Shown piece by piece: positions 49,599-58,795 of a stretch of 64,000 nucleotides of DNA. The stretch covers positions 66,499-130,498 of the forward strand of contig JAFWYK010000010.1 in assembly GCA_017517685.1 (NCBI GenBank), read 5' to 3'. A program made the translations under genes and the position numbers. The notes beneath the pieces are model-generated. The model was not told the origin of the DNA and did no database searches. It saw only the letters and a program-made list of their open reading frames with translations. Origin of the DNA: Clostridia bacterium (lineage in GTDB: Bacteria; Bacillota; Clostridia; TANB77; CAG-508). Position 1 is the first letter of the stretch; each line of letters starts with the position of its first letter.

Positions 49599-50240
49599 AT
49601 GATTAAAAAATTAACTATTATATTTTTATTAATGGTTTTCTTTGGAATTGCAATTAATTTAACGTATGATTTTTTTATGATAGGTGACAATATAAGTGTT
49701 TATGATAATTTCTTTTATAGAAAAACATATGCTAATCGTGAAATATTAGAAGGTAATGTTAATGATGTATCACTTGAGCATAATTGTATGAGGGTTTGGG
49801 TAAGATCTAGTTCATATGATAAAGAAACTGGAAATTTAAAAATAGTATTTGAATTTGAAGATGTTAATAAAATTAAAATGAATAATTTGTGTATGAAAGC
49901 AAGAGTTCATGACGATTCATACATTTTTTATAACAAAGTAATCGGAGAAGAGTTATATTCTGATGAAATTGACTATTTTGTTTATAACTATGATTTATAT
50001 CATTTATTATCTACAGAGGGATTTAATACAGAAAAAGAAACTTTAACTGAAAAGTATTATTTTACTGGAGGAGAAAAAGGTGGCAGAATACCTATGGTAT
50101 TAAATTTAGGTAAAGGTTATGAAATAGATAATTATTTATATGTTGAATTTGTAGATATGCTGTATGATGAGTATTTTGATGTAGGAGTAAAAAAGATTTT
50201 TGAAGGTTTAGGTGAATTTAGATTTAAATTTGAGTTTTAA
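49599..50240 (+). CDS. hypothetical protein with signal-anchor
   Basis: 213-aa ORF. SD gggag upstream. N-terminal LTIIFLLMVFFGIAINL. No family recognised. Confidence 0.55.
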   Translation: MIKKLTIIFLLMVFFGIAINLTYDFFMIGDNISVYDNFFYRKTYANREILEGNVNDVSLEHNCMRVWVRSSSYDKETGNLKIVFEFEDVNKIKMNNLCMKARVHDDSYIFYNKVIGEELYSDEIDYFVYNYDLYHLLSTEGFNTEKETLTEKYYFTGGEKGGRIPMVLNLGKGYEIDNYLYVEFVDMLYDEYFDVGVKKIFEGLGEFRFKFEF

Positions 50241-50243
50241 AAA

Positions 50244-50278
50244 AGCAATGATTCCATTTAAGGAATCATTGCTTTTTC
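50244..50278. terminator. bidirectional terminator
   Basis: agcaatgattcc-loop-ggaatcattgct 12-bp stem flanked by an A-run and a T-run. Overlaps the last codons of the minus-strand gene. Confidence 0.8.
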
Positions 50279-50974
50279 TTTTTTATATTTATAATTTGGA
50301 TAATCTTCAATGTTGAATGTTTTTATATTATCTGCAGCGTTAAAGTGATACTCGTAGTCTACAGACCTAATAGGCGATGCGCCTTTATCTTCAATTGTTT
50401 CAGATCTTATAATTAGATTAGTGCTTAAATCAATATAATAAATGTGTTGTTTATATATATTGTCGTAATCAGTAGTGAATGATACTTTTATACAAGTTTT
50501 GCCATTAATCTGTTTTTTTCCATGATATTTGTAATGGTTTTCGTGAGTGTACTTGCCATGATAATAAACACAATTAAAAAAACTGTTGATAGGGGTTAAC
50601 ACTATATATTTTGAATCAGATGATGCTGGAAAATAATCTGTGTATTCTGTTATTGTTTTATTATTATGATCAATTTCAAAAAATTGATGTTCATAACGAA
50701 TAGTTAGAAAATTAAAATCTATATTATTAAGAGGATCTTTTACTTTTTGAATAGTATTAATCAATCCATCTTTATATAATATTTCGTATGAATTATTGCT
50801 GTATTCGTCGTTTACTTTTTTGATGTAATGAAAATTATCTGGAAGTTCCACAGTATTTAGTAGTGCACTAACTTGGTGTAATGGATATTGAGTTTTATAA
50901 TAAATATAGTATGCACCATATGAAATAAGTGCTATAAAAAATAAACTAAATAAAATAATAAAAAATTTTTTCAT
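50258..50974 (-). CDS. hypothetical exported/anchored protein
   Basis: Frame trimmed to ATG 50974 (MKKFFIILFSLFFIALISYGAYYIY) after SD acggagaag. No family recognised. Confidence 0.55.
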   Translation of the reverse strand: MKKFFIILFSLFFIALISYGAYYIYYKTQYPLHQVSALLNTVELPDNFHYIKKVNDEYSNNSYEILYKDGLINTIQKVKDPLNNIDFNFLTIRYEHQFFEIDHNNKTITEYTDYFPASSDSKYIVLTPINSFFNCVYYHGKYTHENHYKYHGKKQINGKTCIKVSFTTDYDNIYKQHIYYIDLSTNLIIRSETIEDKGASPIRSVDYEYHFNAADNIKTFNIEDYPNYKYKKEKAMIP

Positions 50975-51044
50975 TTTCTTCTCCGTAAAATATTTATAAA
51001 ATAATTTAATCATTAATTATAGTGTTTGTAAATATATTTAAGGG

Positions 51045-51070
51045 CAAAAAAATAACGCTATGTATAGCGT
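51045..51070 (-). terminator. Rho-independent terminator of the GC-rich ORF
   Basis: Minus strand reads acgcta-taca-tagcgt followed by tattttttt. Confidence 0.65.
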
Positions 51071-51113
51071 AAATAAGTTGTCACCGCAGGGCCCGAAGTT
51101 GGGCCCCGCAGCT

Positions 51114-51126
51114 AGAAAGGTAAGTG
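51114..51126. repeat. left arm of a 13-bp perfect inverted repeat (AGAAAGGTAAGTG)
   Basis: Its exact reverse complement occurs at 51635-51647. Similarity extends imperfectly (ttgaaca / ttcaaca) after a 2-3 nt gap. Confidence 0.8.
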
Positions 51127-51152
51127 TTGAACAACTAACGCATTAAATGCGT

Positions 51153-51542
51153 TTAGGGAAGATCGTTCGGATCCAAATCTTCGGCAGAATTGGCCTCGAC
51201 ACCAGGTCCGTTAGCAGGTCCCTTTTCGGGAGCTACGCCAGTAGTGTCGGTGGCATCATCTTCAGATTCTTCTTCGTCGAGTGCGACGAGAACGCCTTCG
51301 GGCAGCTTGATGGTGATGCAGTTGCCTGCGTCTTCCACGATGAAACCATCGTCTTTGAGTTCATCCAGCACATCAACGGGAACGTTGTGGGTAACAGAAA
51401 GCTCGAAGGCTTCGGGACCCTTATACTGGTTGAGCAGATCCTGGTAAAGATCGTTCATGGAAGAAGTGATGTTGCTCATGTGGTAATTGTGACGCTTAGT
51501 GAAAAGCTTGTCAGCCATGTTTTGTGCATTGAAAGTAGACAT
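51153..51542 (-). CDS. orphan hypothetical acidic protein on a GC-rich island
   Basis: 129 aa. SD aaggagg 10 nt upstream of ATG 51542. 32/60 GC on 51241-51300. Lys codons 5 AAG : 1 AAA. C-terminal D/E/P/G-rich tail. Chosen over two overlapping plus-strand ORFs that lack an SD and are low-complexity. Confidence 0.6.
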   Translation of the reverse strand: MSTFNAQNMADKLFTKRHNYHMSNITSSMNDLYQDLLNQYKGPEAFELSVTHNVPVDVLDELKDDGFIVEDAGNCITIKLPEGVLVALDEEESEDDATDTTGVAPEKGPANGPGVEANSAEDLDPNDLP

Positions 51543-51634
51543 TAGTTAAAGTCCTCCTTGTGTCTATAAAATAATGAATGTTGGGATTGGGGGTCTTGGT
51601 CTAAAATTGTCATTTGCTAAAACATGTTGAACTT

Positions 51635-51647
51635 CACTTACCTTTCT
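51635..51647. repeat. right arm of the 13-bp perfect inverted repeat (CACTTACCTTTCT)
   Basis: Reverse complement of 51114-51126. Lies in the predicted 5' UTR of the minus-strand ORF. Confidence 0.8.
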
Positions 51648-51706
51648 GTTTGAAGTGCAAATAAATTATTGCAAAAGCACTTCTTTAGGATAAAATCCTA
51701 ATTATT

Positions 51707-51735
51707 ATTATATCATAATTTACATAAAATAGCAA
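51707..51735 (-). promoter_or_regulatory. sigma-A-type promoter driving the GC-rich ORF
   Basis: Minus strand reads TTGCTA-17 nt-TATAAT with TGa extension. Predicts a ~155-nt 5' UTR containing hairpins aggat-ttt-atcct and gaagtgc...gcacttc. Confidence 0.55.
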
Positions 51736-51797
51736 ATTAGATAAAATGGTTAATTTTAATAAGGCGAAAATGGATGAAAGCGTTGAAAAAAGTGAGT

Positions 51798-51826
51798 TTG
51801 ACAAAAAGAATAAAAATGACTATATT
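51798..51826 (+). promoter_or_regulatory. sigma-A-type promoter of the pyr operon
   Basis: TTGACA-17 nt-TATATT, 70 nt upstream of pyrC. No PyrR-binding loop recognised. Confidence 0.55.
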
Positions 51827-51895
51827 ACTTGAAAATATTATTGAAAAATAACACTAAAAATGATAAAATGGTGAAAATTATTGAGGAGGTAAAAA

Positions 51896-53173
51896 ATGAA
51901 TACTTTACTAAAAAACGGAACTGTAATTGACTACGCAAGTAATACTAATCAAAAATTAGATGTATTAATTGAAAACGATATTATTGTTAAAATAGCTGAA
52001 AATATTGATGTACAAGCAGACAGAGTTATTGATTGTACTGGTTATTATATTATGCCTGGAATGATTGACGTTCATTGTCATTTAAGAGAACCAGGTGGAG
52101 AACACAAAGAAACTATAGAAACAGGTTCAAAAAGCGCTGTAGCTGGCGGATTTACAACTATTTGTCCTATGCCAAATACTAATCCAACTCCAGATAGCGC
52201 TATTGTTTTGCAACAAATTATTCAAAGAGCAAAAGAAGTAAATCTTTGTAATATACTTCCATACTCAAGTGTAACAAGAGGAGAAAAAGGACAAGAACTT
52301 GTTGATTTTAAATCACAACTTGAAGCTGGTGCTATAGCATTTTCTGATGACGGTATGCCAGTTGAAAATGCAAGAATGATAAGAGAAGCTTTGTTTGAAG
52401 CAAATAAACTTGGAACATTTGTAGCAGAACACTGTGAAGAAAAATCAGTTTCAGCAGGAGCAATAAATGCTGGACCAGTAGCTAGAAGATTAGAAGTTGA
52501 AGGTGTACTTCCAGAAGCAGAAGAAATTATGGCAGCTAGAGATATAGTTTTAGCTGAAACAAATAATCTACACGCTCATATCTGTCATATTAGCACAAAA
52601 ACATCAGTTGATATGATAAGAAGTGCAAAACAAAGAGGAGTTAAAGTAACATGTGAAACATGTCCTCATTATTATAGTTTTACAGTTGAAGAAGTTTTAG
52701 AGTCAGGTGTAAATGCAAAAATGAATCCTCCATTAAGAGAAGAAAAAGATAGACTTGCAATAATTGAAGGTATAAAAGATGGAACAATTGACTGTGTTAT
52801 AACAGATCATGCTCCACATGCTGAAGAAGAAAAAGCAAGAGGATTAGCAACAGCTCCAAACGGAATTATTGGATTTGAAACAGCACTTGGTGCAACAATA
52901 ACAAATTTAGTAGATCCTGGTTTAATAACATACTTAGATATGGTAAGAGTAATGTGCTATAATCCAGCAAAACTTTTAAAAATAGATAGAGGTGAAATTG
53001 CAGAAGGTAAAGTTGCAGATATCACAATATTTGATCCAAATAGAGAATATGTATTTTTAAAAGATAGAATAGTTTCAAAATCAAAAAATACTCCATGGAT
53101 AAATAAAAAATTAAAAGGACAAGTTAGATATACAATCGTATCAGGAAGAGTTGTATATGAAAGAGGAGAGTAG
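51896..53173 (+). CDS. pyrC: dihydroorotase
   Basis: DVHCHLREPG metal-binding motif, and the DHAPH motif. 425 aa. Confidence 0.9.
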   Translation: MNTLLKNGTVIDYASNTNQKLDVLIENDIIVKIAENIDVQADRVIDCTGYYIMPGMIDVHCHLREPGGEHKETIETGSKSAVAGGFTTICPMPNTNPTPDSAIVLQQIIQRAKEVNLCNILPYSSVTRGEKGQELVDFKSQLEAGAIAFSDDGMPVENARMIREALFEANKLGTFVAEHCEEKSVSAGAINAGPVARRLEVEGVLPEAEEIMAARDIVLAETNNLHAHICHISTKTSVDMIRSAKQRGVKVTCETCPHYYSFTVEEVLESGVNAKMNPPLREEKDRLAIIEGIKDGTIDCVITDHAPHAEEEKARGLATAPNGIIGFETALGATITNLVDPGLITYLDMVRVMCYNPAKLLKIDRGEIAEGKVADITIFDPNREYVFLKDRIVSKSKNTPWINKKLKGQVRYTIVSGRVVYERGE

Positions 53174-53177
53174 AATA

Positions 53178-54101
53178 ATGAAAAATGCAATTGATATATT
53201 AATTGATAAAATAAAAGCAACAAATAATCCAACAGTAATGGGATTAGATCCAAGATATGAGATGCTTCCAGAATGTATTAAAGCAAAATATGGAACTGAT
53301 GTAAAAAGTGTTTGTGAAGGAATTTTAGAATATAATAAAGCATTAATAGATGCTACATATGATATTGTTCCTGCAGTAAAACCACAAATAGCATTTTATG
53401 AAATGTTTGGAATAGAAGGAATGAAATGTTTTAAAGAAACATGTAAATACGCAAAAGAAAAAGGAATGCTTGTTATTGCTGATATTAAACGTGGTGATAT
53501 TGGAACAACAGCAGCTGGATATTCAAATGCATATTTAGGACAAACTTTAGTTGGAGATAAAGAAGAAAGTTTTTATGATATTGATTGGGTAACAGTAAAC
53601 CCATACTTAGGAGTTGATGGTGTAAAACCATTTATAGAAGATTGCAAAAAATATAATAAAGGTATATTTGTTTTAGTTAAAACATCAAATAAATCATCTG
53701 GAGAATTACAAGATTTAAAATTAGAAGATGGAAAAACAGTTTATGAAAAAGTTGCTGAGCTTGTTAATTCGTGGGGTGAAGATCTAATAGGAGAATATGG
53801 ATATAGTTCTGTTGCATCAGTTGTTGGTGCTACATATCCTGTTCAAATGGAAAATTTAAGAAAAATTATGCCACATTCATATTTCTTAATCCCTGGATAT
53901 GGAGCACAAGGTGGAAAAGCAGAAGATTTAGCTGTAGGATTTAAAGATGGTCTTGGTGGAATAGTAAATGCATCAAGAAGTTTAATGTGTGCTTTTAAAT
54001 CAGATAGATGGAAAGATGAATATAAAGATGAAGAATATGCGATGGCTACAAGAGCAGAAGCTATTCGTATGAGAGATGAATTAAATCAAGCTATAAAATA
54101 A
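53178..54101 (+). CDS. pyrF: orotidine 5'-phosphate decarboxylase (long, type 2)
   Basis: GLDPR... and ADIKRGDIGTTA motifs. Start set to ATG 53178 after SD gaggagag. Confidence 0.85.
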   Translation: MKNAIDILIDKIKATNNPTVMGLDPRYEMLPECIKAKYGTDVKSVCEGILEYNKALIDATYDIVPAVKPQIAFYEMFGIEGMKCFKETCKYAKEKGMLVIADIKRGDIGTTAAGYSNAYLGQTLVGDKEESFYDIDWVTVNPYLGVDGVKPFIEDCKKYNKGIFVLVKTSNKSSGELQDLKLEDGKTVYEKVAELVNSWGEDLIGEYGYSSVASVVGATYPVQMENLRKIMPHSYFLIPGYGAQGGKAEDLAVGFKDGLGGIVNASRSLMCAFKSDRWKDEYKDEEYAMATRAEAIRMRDELNQAIK

Positions 54102-54110
54102 GGAGCGCTT

Positions 54111-54515
54111 ATGAAAATACATGCTTTTAGATTAACTAGAGGAATGGATTTAAAAAAATCCATTGAAGATTATGTTGTAGAAAAAAATATTAGATCAGGA
54201 GTAATATTATCTGCTGTAGGATGTTTATATAAAGTAAATTTAAGATGTGCAGATGGAGTAACTGTAAAGACTATTGATAAAGATTATGAAATAGTATCCG
54301 CAACAGGTACATTATCTGTAGATGGATGTCATATACATGTAAGTTTGTCGGATGAAGACTTAAATACAATTGGTGGACATTTAAAAAATGATTGTCTAGT
54401 TAATGTAACAGCTGAAATTGTACTTGGTGAGTTTGATGAATTTGAATTTTCAAGGGAATATGATGAAAATACTGGATACAAAGAACTTGTTATAAAGGAG
54501 AGAAAAGATGATTAA
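54111..54515 (+). CDS. PPC (DUF296) domain protein
   Basis: 134 aa. Pattern ...RSGVILSAVGCL...ATGTLSVDGCHIHVSLSD..G...GGHL is typical of DUF296/PPC proteins. Confidence 0.6.
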   Translation: MKIHAFRLTRGMDLKKSIEDYVVEKNIRSGVILSAVGCLYKVNLRCADGVTVKTIDKDYEIVSATGTLSVDGCHIHVSLSDEDLNTIGGHLKNDCLVNVTAEIVLGEFDEFEFSREYDENTGYKELVIKERKDD

Positions 54516-55326
54516 GATACAAACAGTAAAAAAAGGGGCAGAACTTGTCTCAATAAAAATGAATGATATAGAAAAAATGCATGATGGAGAATCTTTTTGG
54601 AATAGACATAGCCCAGTTTTATTCCCAATAGTTGGAAAATTAAAAGATGGAAAAACAACAATAATGGGAAATGAATATTTCATGGGACAACATGGATTTG
54701 CTAGAGATATGGAATTTGAAGAAATAGGAGAACATCAATATGTTTTAAAAGCTAATGATGAAACTCTTTCTAAATTCCCATTTAGATTTGAATTATATAT
54801 TTCATATGAAGTTGAAGGAAATAAAGTTATAACAAAATATAAAGTTGTTAATAAAGATGATAAAACAATGTATTTTGGTCTTGGTGGGCACCCAGCATTT
54901 GCTTGTGAATATTCAAGTGGAAAATATAGATTAGAATTTGAAGATATTGAAACAGATGTTGAAATATATCAATTAGAAGATGGGCTTGTAAAATTAGAGC
55001 CAGAAAAAACAAATAAATTTATTAGAGAAAATAGAGTGTTTTTAGATAATCATGTGTTCCAAAAAGATGCGGTTATCATGAAAAATCTAAATTCAAGCAA
55101 AGTATATTTAAAGACAGAAACAAAAACAATTTTAGCTTTTGAATTTAAAGAATTTCCTTATCTTGCATTCTGGTCAAAACCAGATGCACCATTTGTATGT
55201 ATTGAACCTTGGTTTAATACTGCTGACAAAGTTAATTCAAATGGAATATTTGAAGAAAAAGAAGATTTAATAGAGATAGAGCCAAATCAAGAATTTACAG
55301 CAGAATATAGTGTAGAATTCTTTTAA
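54508..55326 (+). CDS. aldose 1-epimerase family protein
   Basis: HSPVLFPIVGKLKDGKT...GQHGFAR and GGHPAF motifs of the YihR/aldose-epimerase-like family. Overlaps the previous gene by 8 nt. Confidence 0.7.
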   Translation: MIKIQTVKKGAELVSIKMNDIEKMHDGESFWNRHSPVLFPIVGKLKDGKTTIMGNEYFMGQHGFARDMEFEEIGEHQYVLKANDETLSKFPFRFELYISYEVEGNKVITKYKVVNKDDKTMYFGLGGHPAFACEYSSGKYRLEFEDIETDVEIYQLEDGLVKLEPEKTNKFIRENRVFLDNHVFQKDAVIMKNLNSSKVYLKTETKTILAFEFKEFPYLAFWSKPDAPFVCIEPWFNTADKVNSNGIFEEKEDLIEIEPNQEFTAEYSVEFF

Positions 55327-55352
55327 AAAGCCCAAGAATAAAGGAGGAAAAA

Positions 55353-56135
55353 ATGGGAGTAAAAGTTAATTGCGAATTAGTAAAAAAAGAAGTAGTAGCT
55401 GAAGGTATTTACAAATTTACTGTAAAAGCTCCAGCAATTGCAAGTAAAGCAAAAGCAGGACAATTTTTAGAAATTAAAGTTTCTAAAACAGGAGCACCAT
55501 TCTTAAGAAGACCAATTAGTATTTATAACATTTGTAAAGAAGAAGGTTTAGTAGAGTTTATTTTCCAAGTTAAAGGAGAAGGAACAAAATTACTAGCAGA
55601 AGAAAATGTTGGTGCAGAAATAGATATCATGGGACCATTAGGAAATGGATCATTTGATATAAGTGATTATAAAAAAGTTGCAATTATAGGTGGTGGAATT
55701 GGAACATATCCACTTCATGAACTTGCAAAAGAATTAAATGAAAAATCAGATGTTACTGTATATATGGGATTTAGAAATAAAGACTTAGTAACATTAGAAG
55801 ATGAATTTGCAAAAGTATCTAATAGATTAGTTATTACAACAGATGATGGATCTTATAAAGAAAAAGGATTTGCAATTAATTTCTTAAAAGAAGATTGTAA
55901 AAAAGAAAAACCAGATATGATTTATGCTTGTGGACCACTTCCAATGCTAAAAGCAGTTAGAGAATTTGCTTTGGAAGAAAATATCCCATGTCAAGTTTCT
56001 TTAGAAGAAAGAATGGGATGTGGTATAGGTGCATGTTTAGGTTGTGCTATAAAAATAATATCAGGTGAAGAACCAAGATTTGGACATGTTTGTAAAGATG
56101 GTCCAGTATTTAATGCTAAGGATGTAGAGATTTAG
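55353..56135 (+). CDS. pyrK: dihydroorotate dehydrogenase electron-transfer subunit PyrK
   Basis: FAD/NAD-binding RRPISI and GGGIG motifs. C-terminal 2Fe-2S cluster CGIGACLGCA...C. Confidence 0.9.
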   Translation: MGVKVNCELVKKEVVAEGIYKFTVKAPAIASKAKAGQFLEIKVSKTGAPFLRRPISIYNICKEEGLVEFIFQVKGEGTKLLAEENVGAEIDIMGPLGNGSFDISDYKKVAIIGGGIGTYPLHELAKELNEKSDVTVYMGFRNKDLVTLEDEFAKVSNRLVITTDDGSYKEKGFAINFLKEDCKKEKPDMIYACGPLPMLKAVREFALEENIPCQVSLEERMGCGIGACLGCAIKIISGEEPRFGHVCKDGPVFNAKDVEI

Positions 56136-56145
56136 GAGGAAGATT

Positions 56146-57843
56146 ATGAACCAAGAAGAATATAAACTTTTGGGTTTAAGAATTAATAAAGCAAAATTTT
56201 CTACATTCATAAAAATATCAGCTTTAATAGGACTTTTATTATTAATATTTGGAAGTATTTTAATTTTAAATCATTCAGTATTATTAAGTCCTGATGATTA
56301 TAATTACACTTTTGTACCAGCAACAGGTAATTCAAGAAGAGTTGATAGTTTGGAAAATGCGTTAATGTCTGCAAAATTCTTTTATAACAATTGGACAGGA
56401 CGTGTAATTCCACATGTATTAATAGGAGTCTTTAGAAGTTTAGATCCAAATGTATATACAGTAGTTAATTCACTAATGTTTATGTTTTTAATAATATTAG
56501 TTGGAAAAGTTTTAAATAAGAAAACATCATTTTTTGCTATATTATCTGTTTTTGGATATTTAACATTTAGTATGATGTTTGGTGAAAAATTTGCTTGGAT
56601 AAGTGGTGCATTTAACTACTTATGGCCAGCAACAATGATGACTATACTTGTATATTATTTTTATAAGTATTATACAGGAGAAAAAGAATTAAATATCTTA
56701 GGAAAAATTGCTTTAATTTTATTTGCTTTTATAGCAGCATTTATGCATGAAAATACAGCTTTTGTTGGTGGTTCATTCTTGCTTTGCATGTTTATATTTA
56801 AATTTAAAGATTATCTAAATTTTGAAAAGAGTAAAAAAATTACGTTAGCAATAATATTTGTAATGTTTTGTTTAGGTGCTGCAGCGACAATATTTGCACC
56901 AGGTAATTTAGTAAGAATGGAAGGAGAAGGTGGAAATTTCTCTTGGGCATTTTTAGACAATTACAAAAACAATCAAAAAGTTTTAAAAGCAGTGCTTTTA
57001 AGTATGGTTGCTGTATTTGTATTAGAAAATATTAAAGTCTTAAAAGATGATGAAAATGTAAATATAAGTTTTAAAAGAAATTTTAAAAAGCTTAATTACT
57101 CATTAGTAAAAGAAGAGTTTTTACATTTTATACTACCAGCGTTAATTGCAACAGTACCAATGGCAGTTATTGCATATTTTCCACCAAGAGCATTCTTGGC
57201 ATATGAAGTAATGTTTATGATAGTGTTTGCGAAAAACGTATGTTATGTGATAGAATATTTTAGTAACTATGAAAAACTAATAGCGGCATGCTCAATAGTT
57301 GCCACACTATTTGTTTTTGCACAGTTCTCACCAAGTACTTTAGCTCAAATAAATTATATAATACCTTATAAACAAAAAGTAACAGCACAATATGAAGAAG
57401 CACAAAAAAGAGGCGAAAAAGATGTTATAGTAAGTTTATTTGAATATAGTCCATGGATTCATATTTATGATTGGATTAATATATCAAACTTCTATCCAGA
57501 ATTTAATTTTAAAATGCCAGTAAATAGATTAATATCAACATATTATGGCTTTGATAGACTAACAGCATTAAGTGAAAATGAATATATAATAGAACTTACT
57601 GTTGATACAGAAGGAATAAATCCATATTCAGTATATGATGTTGAAGCAGAGCAATTTACATTAACTTTTGAATATGATAATTTAATCAGATTTAGTATTC
57701 CAAAAGATAAATTTAAGGTATGGAAATTAGACTGTAGAGAAAATGATATAGAAAATTTAGTATTAGATTATAAAGTAAGATTTGTGGGTGGAGATTTATC
57801 AAAAGATGAATATTCACTAGATGATTTACTATTAACTAAATAA
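56146..57843 (+). CDS. polytopic membrane protein, possible GT-C-like glycosyltransferase (function unproven)
   Basis: 565 aa, at least 10 hydrophobic segments plus a ~150-aa soluble C-terminus. SD aggagg. Begins 10 nt after the pyrK stop and ends 18 nt before pyrD. Confidence 0.6.
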   Translation: MNQEEYKLLGLRINKAKFSTFIKISALIGLLLLIFGSILILNHSVLLSPDDYNYTFVPATGNSRRVDSLENALMSAKFFYNNWTGRVIPHVLIGVFRSLDPNVYTVVNSLMFMFLIILVGKVLNKKTSFFAILSVFGYLTFSMMFGEKFAWISGAFNYLWPATMMTILVYYFYKYYTGEKELNILGKIALILFAFIAAFMHENTAFVGGSFLLCMFIFKFKDYLNFEKSKKITLAIIFVMFCLGAAATIFAPGNLVRMEGEGGNFSWAFLDNYKNNQKVLKAVLLSMVAVFVLENIKVLKDDENVNISFKRNFKKLNYSLVKEEFLHFILPALIATVPMAVIAYFPPRAFLAYEVMFMIVFAKNVCYVIEYFSNYEKLIAACSIVATLFVFAQFSPSTLAQINYIIPYKQKVTAQYEEAQKRGEKDVIVSLFEYSPWIHIYDWINISNFYPEFNFKMPVNRLISTYYGFDRLTALSENEYIIELTVDTEGINPYSVYDVEAEQFTLTFEYDNLIRFSIPKDKFKVWKLDCRENDIENLVLDYKVRFVGGDLSKDEYSLDDLLLTK

Positions 57844-57861
57844 AATATAAGGAGAAAAAAT

Positions 57862-58773
57862 ATGAAAACAGAAGTAAATTTATGTGGGATTAAAATGAAA
57901 AATCCAGTAACTGTTGCATCAGGAACTTTTGGCTATGGAAGAGAGTATGATGAGTATATTGACTTAAATAAATTAGGTGGAATCATAACAAAAGGTACAT
58001 CTTTAAAATTAAGACCAGGTAATAAACCACCAAGAATTTGTGAAGTTCCAGGAGGAATGCTTAACAGTATAGGACTTCAAAATCCAGGTGTTGAATATTT
58101 TGCAGAAAAGGATTTACCATGGCTAAGAAAATTTGATACAAAGATAATTGTTAATGCTTGTGGAAGTACAATTGAAGAATATGTTGAACTTTGCAAAATA
58201 TTAAATACTTTAGATATAGATGGTGTAGAATTGAATCTTTCTTGTCCAAACGTTAAAGCTGGATGCTTAGCATTTGGTACAAGTTATGAAGGTGTAAAAG
58301 AAGTTACAAGTCAAGTAAGAAAAGTATTAACAGATAAACCATTAATAGTTAAATTAACTCCAAATGTAACAGATATTACAGCTCCAGCCAAAGGTGCTGA
58401 AGATGCAGGTGCAGATGGCGTTTCAGGTATTAATACATTACTTGGAATGAAAATTGATATTGATAAGAGAAGACCAGTTTTAGCTAATAATACAGGTGGA
58501 TATTCAGGACCTGGTATTAGAGCAGTTGGTGTAAGAGCTGTATATCAAATGGCTCAAGCAGTTAATATTCCAGTGCTTGGAATGGGCGGAATAATGAATG
58601 GCGATGACGCTATTGAATATATGCTTGCAGGAGCTACAGCAGTATCAATTGGAGCTGGAAACTTTGTTGATCCAGAAACAAGTATAAAAACAATTGAAGG
58701 AATCGAAAACTATATGAAAAAACATAATATAGATGATATCAATTCAATTATTGGAACAGTTCAAATGAATTAA
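57862..58773 (+). CDS. pyrD: dihydroorotate dehydrogenase B, catalytic subunit PyrD
   Basis: ASGTFGYG, NLSCPN and GGI..G motifs of class 1B DHODH. 303 aa. Confidence 0.9.
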   Translation: MKTEVNLCGIKMKNPVTVASGTFGYGREYDEYIDLNKLGGIITKGTSLKLRPGNKPPRICEVPGGMLNSIGLQNPGVEYFAEKDLPWLRKFDTKIIVNACGSTIEEYVELCKILNTLDIDGVELNLSCPNVKAGCLAFGTSYEGVKEVTSQVRKVLTDKPLIVKLTPNVTDITAPAKGAEDAGADGVSGINTLLGMKIDIDKRRPVLANNTGGYSGPGIRAVGVRAVYQMAQAVNIPVLGMGGIMNGDDAIEYMLAGATAVSIGAGNFVDPETSIKTIEGIENYMKKHNIDDINSIIGTVQMN

Positions 58774-58795
58774 TTAATAGAAAAGAGGAATAAAA

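Noticed and set aside
51084-51135. GC hairpin plus adjacent repeat arm as an integron attC site or REP element.
   Set aside because: I saw no integron integrase or attI, no clear GTTRRRY core pair, and only one copy in the window. I treat it as a 3' UTR structure until a genome-wide search says otherwise.
51147-51545. Plus-strand ORFs of 132 aa and 85 aa overlapping the GC-rich island.
   Set aside because: They have no SD and give low-complexity S/G/R-rich translations, as expected for the antisense of a GC-rich gene. The minus-strand ORF has an SD, a promoter, a terminator, and a hairpin whose wobble pair only works in the minus-strand RNA.
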